From the NCBI GenBank assembly GCA_964247055.1, contig OZ176060.1:496001-560000 (forward strand): 64,000 nucleotides of DNA. The letters run 5' to 3'. The notes below the pieces were generated by a model that was not told the origin of the DNA, ran no database searches, and was given only the letters and a program-made list of their open reading frames with translations. The position numbers and the translations under genes are program-made. This DNA is from Paragordius varius (Eukaryota; Animalia; Nematomorpha). Shown here piece by piece: positions 12,280 to 25,075 of this stretch. Position 1 is the first letter of the stretch, and each line of letters starts with the position of its first letter.

Positions 12280-12570
12280 CAGGGGGGGGGGGGGTCTAAC
12301 ACAAATTGCTTTGTGGGCTACATTTTTAGCTCAAAAATTACGACCAGCTGCATTCGAAACATATATCCAAGCAAAGAATTATTAGTTTTTAATACTTCAA
12401 AAAGAAAACGGGAGGCAACAATTATTTGTTCTTGCTAATTGGATAAATAAACTTATTTAAAAAAATAGTAGGAATATCATCTTAGAATTAGTGAACATGC
12501 TTTTTCAAATTATGAATTCCAAGACTGCTGGCCGCACAGATCTGAGAACCGCGTTCACCACTACACCATG
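12280..12570. mobile_element. Old hAT (Charlie-like) MITE family B; paralogs at ~25400-25660 and ~59700-59982
   Basis: CAGGGG... start at 12280. Paralogs end ...TTCCCTG (25660) and ...AACCCCCCTG (59982), with GCGGCTCG/GCGACCCGCAAAGCC subterminal GC motifs. TSDs not recovered. Confidence 0.5.
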
Positions 12571-13115
12571 ATAGCTTCTAACAATTCTTTAAAAAATATT
12601 TGATTTCAATAAAAATAATTGACAGATTGTTTCTTATAAATAAAATAAACAATCATTAGAGACATTTAAATCACAGTAATAAAAACAAATATATTTTTGT
12701 ATAAATTTTTTTATTATATTTAATTTAATTATTTATATTATTAGAAACTAACAAATTAAATTAAATTATAGTTTGGTGATTTAAAAATTATTAAGATTTG
12801 TTTAGTTTTTAAAAATAAATCAAATCAATATACTTTAAGTATTGGTTAAAAAATTATTTTTATGGTTAAATTATTTGTATAATAATAACTATAAGTCTAA
12901 AGATTTTGAATTAAAATTAAACATATATTATTAGTTAGAATATAAATTAAAAATATTTATTTTGAAAAATTATTTCATTTAATTATGTTTTAAACCATAA
13001 AATAATTTTAAACAATAAAATAAATATATGAAACGACAGACGATTTCTTTTTTAACGGTTTTTATTAATTGTCTGCTTTTTTTTATTCGAAAAATTATTC
13101 AAATTTATTTGGAAA

Positions 13116-15232
13116 ATGGGTATATATTTAATTTATGTAATTTAATATTTTATAATTATTTTAAAATATTAATAATTATTATAAAATATAAATAATTATT
13201 TCATTTTTAATTTTTAATATCCAAATAATTTTTGATTTTAATATTAATATTTTTAAAACTCATATTTCTGAAAATAAAATAATATGTAAAATCTATTAAA
13301 TTAATTGATATATATTTTATGATTTAATTTAATAATAATTATCCTGTTTTAAAATTTTAGAAAAATGAAAATATAGATAATATTTTTATATTTGATAATA
13401 AATTTGTGATTTTTTCTGATTTTTTTATTTTTATAGTATGAGTAAGTTTATATTGCTAGAAAGTATAATTATTGCCATAGAATATGCAGCAAAGAGAATT
13501 ATTATTGGCTAAAAAATATTCTAGAAGTATTAATTACTCATACTGTGGTTGATTATTTTTTGATTAAATTAAATATTAATTATCCTGTTTTTGTTAGCTT
13601 ATTACATAAATTATAAAATTAAAATAGAAGATATTTTACATTATTTTTAGGATTTAAGCATTTTTTAAATTATTTTTTATTATGATATAAATTTTTATCA
13701 ATAATTAATTTAAAATTCATAAAATAAATTTTATAATATCAAACAGTAAAAATTATATTTATAATCTATTCCAACGTTTGAACAATAAATTCATTATTAA
13801 ACAAGTTACCTTAAATATTAAAATTAAGTTTTTATTAAATAAGTAACTGGTAAAATTATATAAATGAATCTATTAATATTTATAATTATACTTGTGTTTT
13901 ATATTTATATTAATTAAAACGACGCAGCTTTTAGAAAAATATTAAATTGTTTAAATTTTTTAAATTTTAATTACTCTCAATATAATATTTTTTCATTAAG
14001 TGTTTTATAATATCAATCCAGCTTTATAAGCGACTTTATGCAACCTTATACATTAAAAATTGAAATTATACGGATAAAACGTAAAATCAAAAAACAACCA
14101 TATTTTTAATTCTTCACTTTTTTGAATATAACTTTATTTAATATTGCAAAGTGTGAAGTAGATATATATATTACAACAATTAATTTGATATATTACTATC
14201 ATTTAACTAGCTTATAGAGGAAAAATTAAGGTTTAAAAAAATATGGTTGTCAAAAATATTTGTCTTTATTACGTTTTGTCCGTATAATTTTAATTTTACT
14301 GTATAAAGTAAAAATAATATTATTTAAGTTTTTAGTAAATTTAATTACAGCTCATATGCAAAGGTATTCATTAATATGAAACTAATGTTTTTTATGATTT
14401 AAATCATTTTTAGGGTATGTCTCGTTTCGTCATTTATCAATTATTTTTATATTACATTTCTAACAATGTTTTTAGATTTTGGTGATTCGACTTACAAACT
14501 TTGGTGTGATCTCGATACTAAGCTTTATAAAGTAGAACTCAAAAATCAACAAGAAACGTATATTGATGATCCATCTAAACCGACATCATTTGTCAATTTA
14601 TTGGAAAATGAAGATTTTACAAACGATGATTTACGAAGAATTCTGAACGCTTCTTTCCATAACCTTTGCTATTTAAGGGAACATAAAAGCGAAATTACTC
14701 AACAAAATAATATGATGAAAAAAAGAATTTTACCAAAACCAACAAAGATACCCTAATTATTGATTTGGCAGGAGAACAGACAGAACCTTTAGATCTTTCT
14801 CTAAAAAGGTCACCAAAATATGTAAAAGATATAAGCTCGGTATCTTCAAATGTTGATTTTAATGGCATAAGCTTGAATGATATTAACAATTTATTTAATG
14901 ATAACATTAATAATAATGTAAAGCCTATTGAATATTTAAATTCTACAAAATTGGGTAATAATTTTCGATGTATTCAATGTGCTAAGATTTATAAGGATAA
15001 AAGCGGCTTGACCAATCATATTCATTTGGTTCATGAACAAATTAAATATTTGTGTAAAATTTGTTCAAAAATGTTTTCTAACAAAGGCAATCTTGGAAGG
15101 CACATAAATTCAGTTCACGAGAAAATTAAACATGAATGTCCGATTTGTAATAAGAAATATGCCAAAAAAGGCTATCTTGCAAAACACATTGTATCCGTAC
15201 ATAAATTAATCGATGGGTGTAGTACTAATTAG
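13116..15232 (+). pseudogene. C2H2 zinc-finger family paralog ZF2 (N-domain, EPLDLSLK, 3 fingers); single frameshift, possibly intact
   Basis: ATG-G at 13116-13119, GT at 13120, CTAAC branch-like site at 14460, AG at 14474-14475. ORFs 14466-14756 and 14765-15232 join into one ~253-aa protein if one base is added at ~14712. Fingers CIQC/CKIC/CPIC each end HxxxxH. Confidence 0.88.
14051..14301. mobile_element. Tc1/mariner-pogo-like MITE in the ZF2 intron
   Basis: TA|CATTAAAAATTGAAATTATACGGATAAAACG ... CGTTTTGTCCGTATAATTTTAATTTTACTG|TA. Confidence 0.8.
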
Positions 15233-16604
15233 ACTCATAAACGCATTTTTACCCGGTAATAAAATTCATTCGTAAAAACACATATGAATTTAATATATTA
15301 ATATATATAACATATCACATAAATATAATGTTGTTTTTAATTTATCATTTTTGCAAATAATTGAGATTAAATTTATGAGACATTTTCCTATATGCATTTT
15401 TGTTAATAAAATATTTGACAAGCTATCTGTACTGGACTTTTTTGTAGATAGAAAATAATGATATTTATAGGATAAAATTTTTTAAAAATATATATCCTCA
15501 GAAATTTGATATTAGAGTGTTCAAGTTTATTTTAAGTGAGTTAGCCGATTTTTGAGATGGAATTTCGAGTCCCACACTAAATAAAAATTTTATTAAAATA
15601 TTGTTTTGTTATAAGTAGTTATGATATAATTTCCTGATATTTTTAGAAATAAACCGTTTAGCCTTATTAAAAAAACTATCAACATAATGTGCGCGTATTT
15701 TACAATACTCAGATATTGAACGGTTACTAAACCCTCTTAAATCAGTCGTGAAGATCAAAAGCAAAAGCCCTATGATATTCCTGATATTTTTCCTATCGAA
15801 TAATATTCTTTATATATTTCAATTTTATAATTTAAGGAAGAAGCCTTTAGGAAGAGAATATAAATTAATTGTATTAGCACGCTGATAAAAAATATAACGC
15901 TGAGTTTTTTGAGAAAAATTTGACTTTATTTGGTCCTTCAAGTCGAATTCACGACAACAAGTAGTCTACGAGCAGTATTATATGTGTTATTAATTATCCA
16001 AGTTTGTTAAAAATTTTTATATTTATAATAATAAAAATTGTAGTATTTTATATTTTTGTACTATGCAAATATTATAACCATTAGTTTACTCGAATAATTT
16101 TGCATGTATTATTGCTAATCATATTTATTTAGTAAATTACCATCATCGAAATTTTGTTTAAAACCTATATACTAAGTGCATGATCATTTTCGAATATATT
16201 TTATTATAGCAGATAAATCTAAAAAGTCAACTATTTATAAAGTATTCTGATAAGTATATGCCATCTTTTTAATGTTTATATTAAATATATATTTAATTAG
16301 TTTAAAGATAGTTCATTAGGAATGTATAAAAAGTTATGTTACAATGTTGACTCACCATATTTTATTGTGTAATTCATTTAAATGCTAGAATTCGCATATA
16401 AAGTCGCAAAAATAATTTAAATTTATATGCATTCGATTATTTTTATATAAATTACATTTTATATTATGCGAAATTCTCTCAATTATTCTATATTTTACCA
16501 TCCTAAAAATTATAAACATTTTTAGGAGACAGAAATATATAGACTTCGGTGTTTTGTCCATATTTGGGTATCAATAGCAACATAAAGGGAATTCTTCCAT
16601 GATT

Positions 16605-16830
16605 CAGTAAAAATCAAACTTATACGGCAAAAAACGTAAAAATATAAAGAATTATTTGAAAGATATCCATTTTATAAACATTTTTGGCATAAAAATTGTA
16701 TTGTTACAATTGTGAAATATGTAATTGTGTTAGATATTTGATACTTTGCAATATTAACCAATCATATATTAAAAATATAAAATTAAAAGTACTTAAAAAA
16801 AAATAATTGACTTTATTTTACGTTTTGCTG
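16605..16830. mobile_element. MITE of the same family, right TIR shortened
   Basis: CAGTAAAAATCAAACTTATACGGCAAAAAACG ... TTTTACGTTTTGCTG|TA. Confidence 0.6.
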
Positions 16831-18281
16831 TATATCAATTAACACTTTAAGAAATAAATTAACTGCTTTGAAATTATATAATTTCAATAAAACAAAGATA
16901 GTAGTGAATAAAAATAACTCTTTTTCATTATAAATTCATAACTAATAGGCGCGGCACATAATTCTATTGAAATAAACAAAAGATAAACAAAAAATTTACA
17001 TTTCCGACACATATATATAGGACCATAAATTTTATAATTATAATTAAACAATTATAATATTTTCTTAATGTATTTTCCTTTTTCAATCAATACCATTATT
17101 TACTTACTATTTAATTCTTTTTATATTAAGTGTAATTTTGAGGACTTTATACCAACGAAGATTAAATAAGCTTACTTATATTTGTATTAGATTAATGGCT
17201 ATATATAACATATTTTTTTGAATAATATGAGAGCGAAAATAATCCGACTAAGCATATTAATATTATAAATATCTTTGTATATAAATGATGATTAAAAAAT
17301 AAATTTTATAAATTATTTGCCATCTATTAATGAAATCGGATAAATTAATTTAACATGGATGGAAAATATATTAGATTAGAATCTTTCGTTTATTAGCAGC
17401 CAACTAAAGCGAAGACTTAAGCGCTTTCATTAAAGGAATATATTAATTAATTGCTGATTAATTTCAAAAACATAGTAAAAATTGAATTATATATACAAAA
17501 TGTAGGATAAATATTTTTATAAATCATATTTTTTAAATCTCAATTTTGATATTAAGTTTTGTTAATCATAAATACTTGATTGATATGCCTTACCTATTTC
17601 ATAGGGCAATTTCAAATTAGTTTTATTTCAAAACAGGTTTAAAAAGTACAGCGGTCTTATAAATACATCACTTTACTCTTTCATTTTGCCCGTATATCGC
17701 TTTTATATGAGACATTATTATTGGTTGGATTAAATGGGTATAATTTGTATTTTATTCCTATTTCTAAGTTTTTGTTTATATAAAATAAATATTTAGTAAT
17801 ATTATTAGTTTTATAATAGTTTAAGTCATTTGATTTACAACTTTATTATGTTATCCTTAATAGTAAAAAAAATTTAAATATATTCGCCAAAATAATTTCT
17901 TAATTAATTTATTTGATTAATTTGTATAGTTTTATGTAAATAATATATAGTTTTAGTTTCTTGCTTAACGGCTTTAAACCGAATAAAACGTACACTTCTG
18001 AAAAGTTAAAGCTATTCACATTGAAAAGGCGTGCCAATCAAACAGTAGAGCCTATTTGTTATATAAAAAAACTCAGAGTATATACAGTACCCATGTTGAC
18101 AATTGACATTATATTTTGGCCGATTGGCAATACTAAAGTGAGTAAAAAATAAAAAACGGTTGGAAATGAAGGTTTTACCTATTTTTATAACATATAATTT
18201 GTATATTATTTATAGACGAAATTTGTTTTATATCATATGCTACGGTATTGCTAAATGTTCAACAATATAGTGACAACTGTA

Positions 18282-18534
18282 TAGTAATAATCGATATTAT
18301 ACGAACAAAACGTAAAATATAAAGACAATTTTTTTTTCAAAAGACAAACCAAAAATTTAATTTAATTTATAAAAATCATTTAATTAGAATTGTAAACATA
18401 ATTTATTGGGTCACTAATTAATGATCTGTAACAATCAGTCAATTAAGAAAATCAAGAAAGTTATGGTTATCTGTAAGAAAAAATATTTCTCTTTATATTT
18501 TTACCTTTAGTCCGTAAAATTTCGATTTTTACTG
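18282..18534. mobile_element. MITE of the same family
   Basis: TAGTAATAATCGATATTATACGAACAAAACG ... CCTTTAGTCCGTAAAATTTCGATTTTTACTG. Confidence 0.65.
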
Positions 18535-18711
18535 CAAATCATTTATTATCTACAAAGTAAAACTCCACAAAAGACCGGTCAAAAAGAATTCCAAATATTT
18601 TACTAACGATGCTTATCCAAAACGTCTTTATAAAATAATATGAAACTCAACATCTTTTATTTGAGAAATGGATATTTGAATAAAATTATATTTGATGCTA
18701 CATTTAATATA

Positions 18712-19616
18712 TTATATATGTTGAATTACGTGTTCAATTATGTACATTTTAATATGCTTGGTGAGATTGCCTTTTCCAGTATATTTAACGCAAATCGGAC
18801 ATTCATGTTTAATTTTCCTGTGAACACTCTGAATGTGTGTTGCAAGATTGCCTTTTTGAGAAAAATTAATTTTACAAATCGGACATTCATGTTTAATTTT
18901 CTCATGAATTAAATAAATGTGTTTAGCAAGAGAGCTTTTGTCAGAAAACAACTTTGAACAAATTTTGCACGGATATTTAATTTGTTCATGTACAGATTTA
19001 ACATGTGTGGCAAGATGGCTTTTGTTAGAAAACATCTTACGACAAATTTTGCACGGATATTTCACTTGTTCATGGACAGAACGAATATGTTGGGTCAAGC
19101 CTATTTTATATATATATATCTTATCACAATGAATACATAGATAATTGTTGGCCAATTTTGAAAAGTTTAAAGATCCAATAGATTTTGTTTTGTTATTAGC
19201 ATCAAATAGCTTTTACTATTCAAGCTTATGTTACTGGCATTGTTTGAACATACCGAGCTTATATATTTTACATTATTTGGTGATTTTTTCAGAGAAAGAT
19301 CTAAAGGTTCTGTCTGTTCCTAAATCAATAACTAGGGTATCTGTGTTGGTTTTGGTATCATTTTTATTTTCATAGTCTAAATTATTATTTTGTTGACTAT
19401 TTTCGCTTTTATGTTCCCCTAAATAACAAATATGGAAAGAAGCGTTCAGAATTCTTCGTAAATCATCGTTTGTAAAGTCTTCATTTTCCAATAAATTAAT
19501 AAATAAGTCCGGTTTAGATGGATCATTAATATACGTTTCTTATTGATTTTTGAGTTCTACTTTATAAAGTTTGGTATCGAGATCACACCAAAGTTTGTAA
19601 GTCTAGTCGCCGAAAT
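18712..19616 (-). pseudogene. C2H2 zinc-finger family paralog ZF3 (5 fingers), exon 2 only, disrupted
   Basis: Acceptor AG at 19618-19617, then DFGD* (TAG) and NQ* (TAA) stops, and a frameshift before PLDLS. ORF 18712-19155 encodes five fingers with EQVKYP/EKIKHE linkers. No same-strand exon 1 found upstream. Confidence 0.88.
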
Positions 19617-20807
19617 CTAAACAAATTTCTTAGAAATGTAATTTAATAATTATCAATAATTAAACAATAAATCTTCACAGTCCAAGAAATGACTTAAAAA
19701 TCAGTTGTAATAGATTTATTATTGTAACTATAAAAATTATAAAACTTGGCAAACATTAAACAATACCGTAATGATAAAAACCAAATAATAATGTTAAAGC
19801 ATTAAGAAAAATATTTTTTTATAGAAGAAAACCATAGTTTATTAAACTTAGACTTTTCTACACAAACCATTATATTATATATGATATCTAAAATTGATTA
19901 TATTAACAATTATATCTTTATGGCATATTTTGCTAAAAAAACATGTGTGTTCCAAAAAAATATAAAGGGCTGTCAAAAAATATATTTAAGTTTTTTCCCC
20001 TTATAGCTGTACATATTTGGATTTTATTGAAATTAGATTTAGTTTCAAATTTCTAAATTAAATAAAAATTATCTAATATAAATGTAAGGTTGCCTAACGC
20101 GAATTCGTAAAAGATTTTTATTAAAACAATGTACCCAAAAAACGACAATCTTATAACGAAAGATTAATTGAGATTTTGGAATCAAAAATTGAATTATTTT
20201 TCAAGTTAATTTAATTAAATTAAAATATGCAAAATAAAATTAAAGTATATTTATTATTATTATAATTATTATATTATATAATATATTTTCAGTTCTTTGT
20301 CTAATAAATCGTTATGAATATTAATATACAGGCTGATGTTATATATTTTTACATTAAAATAGATTTTGAATTTCATTTTTACGATTTAAATATATATATG
20401 TTTTCAAAATGAATATTAATAATTGACAATAATCATTCAAAATTAAAAATTATATTAAAAATACAAAATAAAATTTCTAATCCCAATTTTGGTTTATATA
20501 TAAATAAACTATAGTAAAGAATAATTTTAAAATGATAATTAACATTTATTTAAATTACAAAAAAAATTCCATTAAATTAATTTATTACAAATTATTTCTA
20601 AAATTAAAATTTTTCATAAAAATTATTAGATAAATAAAATTAAATATATAATTTAAATAAATTAAAGATATAATATTTTTAAACCATAAAAATTTAAAAA
20701 AACTTTGATTTAAATATAAAATGAAAGGACAGACGATTTTATTTTTAACGGTTTTTTTTAATTGTCTGCTTTTTATTTATTCGATAAAAATTCAAATTAT
20801 TTCGAAA

Positions 20808-23028
20808 ATGGGTATGGTATTTTATTAAAATTTGTAATTTTAATTATTTTAAAATATTTACATATAAATTAATTTTATTAACTTTAATACTATTATTTAT
20901 AACTCTAATTTTAAGAAATAATAGGTAAATTAATTTAATTAAATTGTTTAATTTATGGAATATTTTTTTGTAATTTAATATTCATTATCTTGTTTTAAAA
21001 TTATTCTTAACTATAGTTTATATATATAAACAAATAGATAATATTTTTGGTATATTGTAAATTTTGAATTTTATTTTGTAATTTATAAAATAAATTTTAA
21101 TTTTGAATGATTATCGTTATCAAATTTTAATATTTATAAAATAAAATTTTATGATTATTAAATATATACATTTAAATCGTAAAAACGAAATTCAAAATCT
21201 ATTTTAATGTAACAATATATAACATCAGCCTGTATATTAATATTCATAACATATTGGACAAAGAACTGAAAATATTTAAAATAAAATATTATTATAATAG
21301 TAATAAATATACTTTAATTTTATTTTGCATATTTTAATTTAATTAAATTAACTTGAAAAATAATTTATTTTTTAATTTCAAAATCTCAATTAATCTTTCC
21401 TTATAATAGCTTTGCTTTTTTAATGACTTTTGTTTCAATTAAAATATTTTACTAATCCACGACTTTATGCAAAATAGATAATATTATTTTAATTAGTCAA
21501 TTTGACATTAAATATTCCAATAAACCTAAATTACGCAAAAAACTAAAATATGTTTTTGAGAGCCATAAATATTTATATATAATCATGGATTTGATTTGCA
21601 ATATAGATCATAACTAAATGTTATTATAATCGATTCTAGATATCGCATGCAATATAATAGCTTATGTTGAAAAGTTTTAGTTTTATAAACTATGGTTTTC
21701 TTTAAATATTTTTGTTTATGCTTTTACATTTTTATACTTTGGTTCTTATCATGTCTGTATTGATTATTAGCAAAGTTTGTAATTTATATAGTTACAATAA
21801 TAAACCACTGAGTTTTAAGTTCTTGGACTTGTGAAGATTTATTGTTTCATTATTGATAAGTTGGCTTTTTAAATTACATTTCTAACAAATTTTTCTAGAT
21901 TTCGGCGATTCGACTTACAAACTTTGGTATGATCTTGATACCAAGCTTTATAAAGTTGAACTCAAAAATCAACAGGAAACGTCTATTGATAATCCATATA
22001 AACCGACCTCCTTTTTTTAATTTATTGGAAAATGAAGACTTCACAAATGATGATTTACGGAGAATTCTGAACGCTTCTTTCCATAACCTTTGTTATTTAA
22101 GGGAAAATAAAATCGGAAATCTACAAAAGAATAAGAAGATGAAAATAAGAATGTTACCAAAACCAACAAAGATACCCTAGTTATTGATTTGGTAGGAGAA
22201 CAGACAGAACCTTTAGTCTCTGAAAAAATCACCAAAAAATGTAAAAGATATATGATCGGTATCTTTAAACATTGATTCCAGTGACATAACTTGAATGATA
22301 TTAACAAGCTATTTGATGATAGTAACAAAACAAAACCTATCATATCTTTAAACTTTTTAGGGTAATAATTTTCGATGTATTCAATGTGATGAGATTTATA
22401 AGGATAAAAGCGGCTTGACCAAACATATTTGTTCGGTTCATGAACAAGTTAAATATCCGTGCAAAATTTGTTCGAGAATATTTTCTAACAAAGGCAATCT
22501 TTCTAGGCACATTAGTCGGTTCATGAGAAAATTAAACATGAATGTCTGATTTGTAAAAAAGAATTTACCCGAAAAGGAGATGTTGCAAGACACATTCAAT
22601 CTGTTCATGAAAAAAATACATATAACTGTATTTGTAAAAAGGAATATACTCAAAAAGGCAATCTCGCTAGGCACATATATTCATTTCGTGAGAAAATTAA
22701 ACATGAATGTGCGATTTGCAAAAAAGAATTTAATAATGTCATCATGCAACACACATTCAATCTGTTCATGAACAAGTTATGTATCCTTGTCCGATTTGTA
22801 ATAAAGATTTTTATCGAAAAAGCTATCTTACCAAACACCTTCAATCTGTTCATGAAAAAACTAAACATGATTATCCCATATGTAAATCGGAATTTTCTAA
22901 TAAAACCAATCTTGCATCGCACATTCATTCTGTTCACGGGAAAATTAATGATCAATTCAAGGATATGTAAAATGGAATATACCGAAAAATACAATCTTAC
23001 CAAGCATATTAAAAATGTACATAGTTGA
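20808..23028 (+). pseudogene. C2H2 zinc-finger family paralog ZF4 (~8 fingers), multiply frameshifted
   Basis: ATG-G at 20808-20811, GT at 20812, CTAAC...TTTTCTAG acceptor ending at 21898. Extra T in the run at ~22010, PLDLS codons partly deleted. Repeated CxxC..HxxxxH units at 22375-23025 are spread over several frames. Confidence 0.88.
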
Positions 23029-24972
23029 ATATCATTTGTAAATAATATATTAGCCGCTTCGATCCTTTTTAAAAATAAATATTTTTTATTTTAATTCAGA
23101 CGCTTTTCACACTTTTTTGATTTTGTTAGATCATAAGATATTTGGCATGCTATTTGATTGGTCGATTCTGAAGTTTATTTTAATTGGCATTTTTAAAGCA
23201 AATATAATTTAAAATACTTTATTGTTGACCAATTAGCAATACTCACACCGTTTGTTGTTTTTTACTCACACATAACTGTATAACCGATTGACCCAAAATA
23301 ATGTGAAGTTAACAATCAAATGGTTATATTGTATATACCCTAAGTTTTCCATATAACAAATAGGCTCTAGGGTTTAATCGATGTACCACGCTTTTTTATT
23401 GTAATTCTCAGCTTAGATCATTCAGAAGATTAAGTTCACTCGTTTTAAAAAACCGTTAAGCACTAAGAAACTAAAACTATAAAGTATTTGCAAATTAAAC
23501 TTTAAAAATTATGTAAATTAAATAATTTAAAATCTTTAGCCACAAAGGTATATTTTATTCTAAAAGAATAGCATATTACACAAACTTATATATAAAATTC
23601 GTTAAGTTAACAAAAAAATAATATATTTACCTAAGATAATATTAAGGTGATTATTTGTAAATAAACATAGAAATATGAAATTAAAAAATAAAATGACAAC
23701 CCAAATATAATCCGACCTAATAATACCCCATAGATAATTACAATTATACGGATAACGTATAGTATAAATAGAAATTTTTTTCAAAACCGCTGTACTTTTT
23801 TAAACATTTTTTTTACAACTCTTTGTTTCGAAATTTAGATATGGAAATTGGTAATGCAATAAATTATGTATTTACAACTAAAAAAACTTATTATTAAATT
23901 GAGATTTAAAAAATATGATTGTCTATAAAAAATATTTTTTATAAATAATTCAATTATATATGAAAAGATGTAAAAATAAATAATATATTTGCAATCAAAA
24001 CGCTTGAGTTCTATTGTCTATAAACCGAATATTTAGATAATATTTATTATCCATGTTAACAAATGAATTAACCTGATTCTATAGATAGATGGCACGTATA
24101 TAAGTCAACTTTTTAATTTTCAAAGTTAAATATTTTAATTTTATTCTTTTTTCTATTAGCTTATTTGAGGGAATATTTACACTTTCGATTCTTCTTTAAA
24201 TTATATTCACAGTTTATTTAATAATAATGTGATCAAGCTAGATTTAATCTTCTTTAGTAATATCACAATTGAATTATAATTAATTTTCGGCTATCATTGG
24301 ATTTAATATAATAAAACATTTTTAAATAGCATGTAAATATATTAATCATTTACTAAAATAAATATATTAAAAAATATTATAATTTATTATGGAAATTATA
24401 TTATGCCAGAATCGTTAAAATACCCCCAGATCTTGGGATCGTATTGTTTTTTAATAAAATTATATGTCCCGCATAATAGTGTTTAAAATATTAATTATCA
24501 TTGATCGGATATTTGTTGAATTCATATTTTATAAATTAAAAATTAATATTTACAGTCAAAACATAAATATAATAAAATTTTAAAAGACAACCAGATTTTT
24601 TCGAATACAATTCCTCTATACGCTCTTTAATAACAATTATATAACATAGAATTGATTATTTTATATTTCACATGACATTTAAAACAATTATTTTACAAAA
24701 ATCAAGATTTTGTTAGAGTTTATAGCATACCAAAATAATTATTCTTTTCGGTCAGGTAATTTATCGGTCAATTAACATTTTACATATCATTTTCTGCATT
24801 CCTAGTGAGTTTTGTTTAAATTAAATAAAGTTTATTATACATAACAATACTAAACATAAAAAGATGGCTTCTACATTACTTTAGCTTTATATTTGAAGTA
24901 AATCTAATATTTACAAATAAAAATAAAATAATTAAATATTATATATTTCTAAAAATATTTATTAATATAAAT

Positions 24973-25075
24973 ACCCATTTTTTAATTAAATTTAAATATA
25001 TTTTTTTCGATTAATAAAAAGTAGACAATTAAAAAAAACCGTTAAGAAATGAAATCGCCTGTAGTTTCATTTTAT
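24973..25075 (-). promoter_or_regulatory. Orphan copy of the conserved exon-1/core-promoter element
   Basis: Reverse strand TATAAAATGAAACTACAGGCGATTTCATTTCTTAACGG...AAAAATGG|GTAT (ATG at 24978-24976). No zinc-finger exon 2 found downstream. Confidence 0.7.

Larger units (their letters stand above)
18700..23030. repeat. Head-to-head inverted duplication (ZF3/ZF4 palindrome) with ~750-bp spacer
   Basis: ~20160-20400 is the reverse complement of ~21160-21400 at high identity (e.g. ATGAATATTAATATACAGGCTGATGTTATATATT vs AATATATAACATCAGCCTGTATATTAATATTCAT). Similarity continues outward through both genes. Confidence 0.85.

Noticed and set aside
13000-15300. The zinc-finger gene as cargo of one large DNA transposon
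   Set aside because: No shared TIR/TSD pair bounding the gene modules was found. The copies have introns and variable flanks, as expected of segmental duplication.
18640-23003. ORFs 18640, 18917, 19145, 22041, 22438, 22580, 22650 and 14695
   Set aside because: These are alternative-frame or antisense shadows of the repetitive zinc-finger codons.
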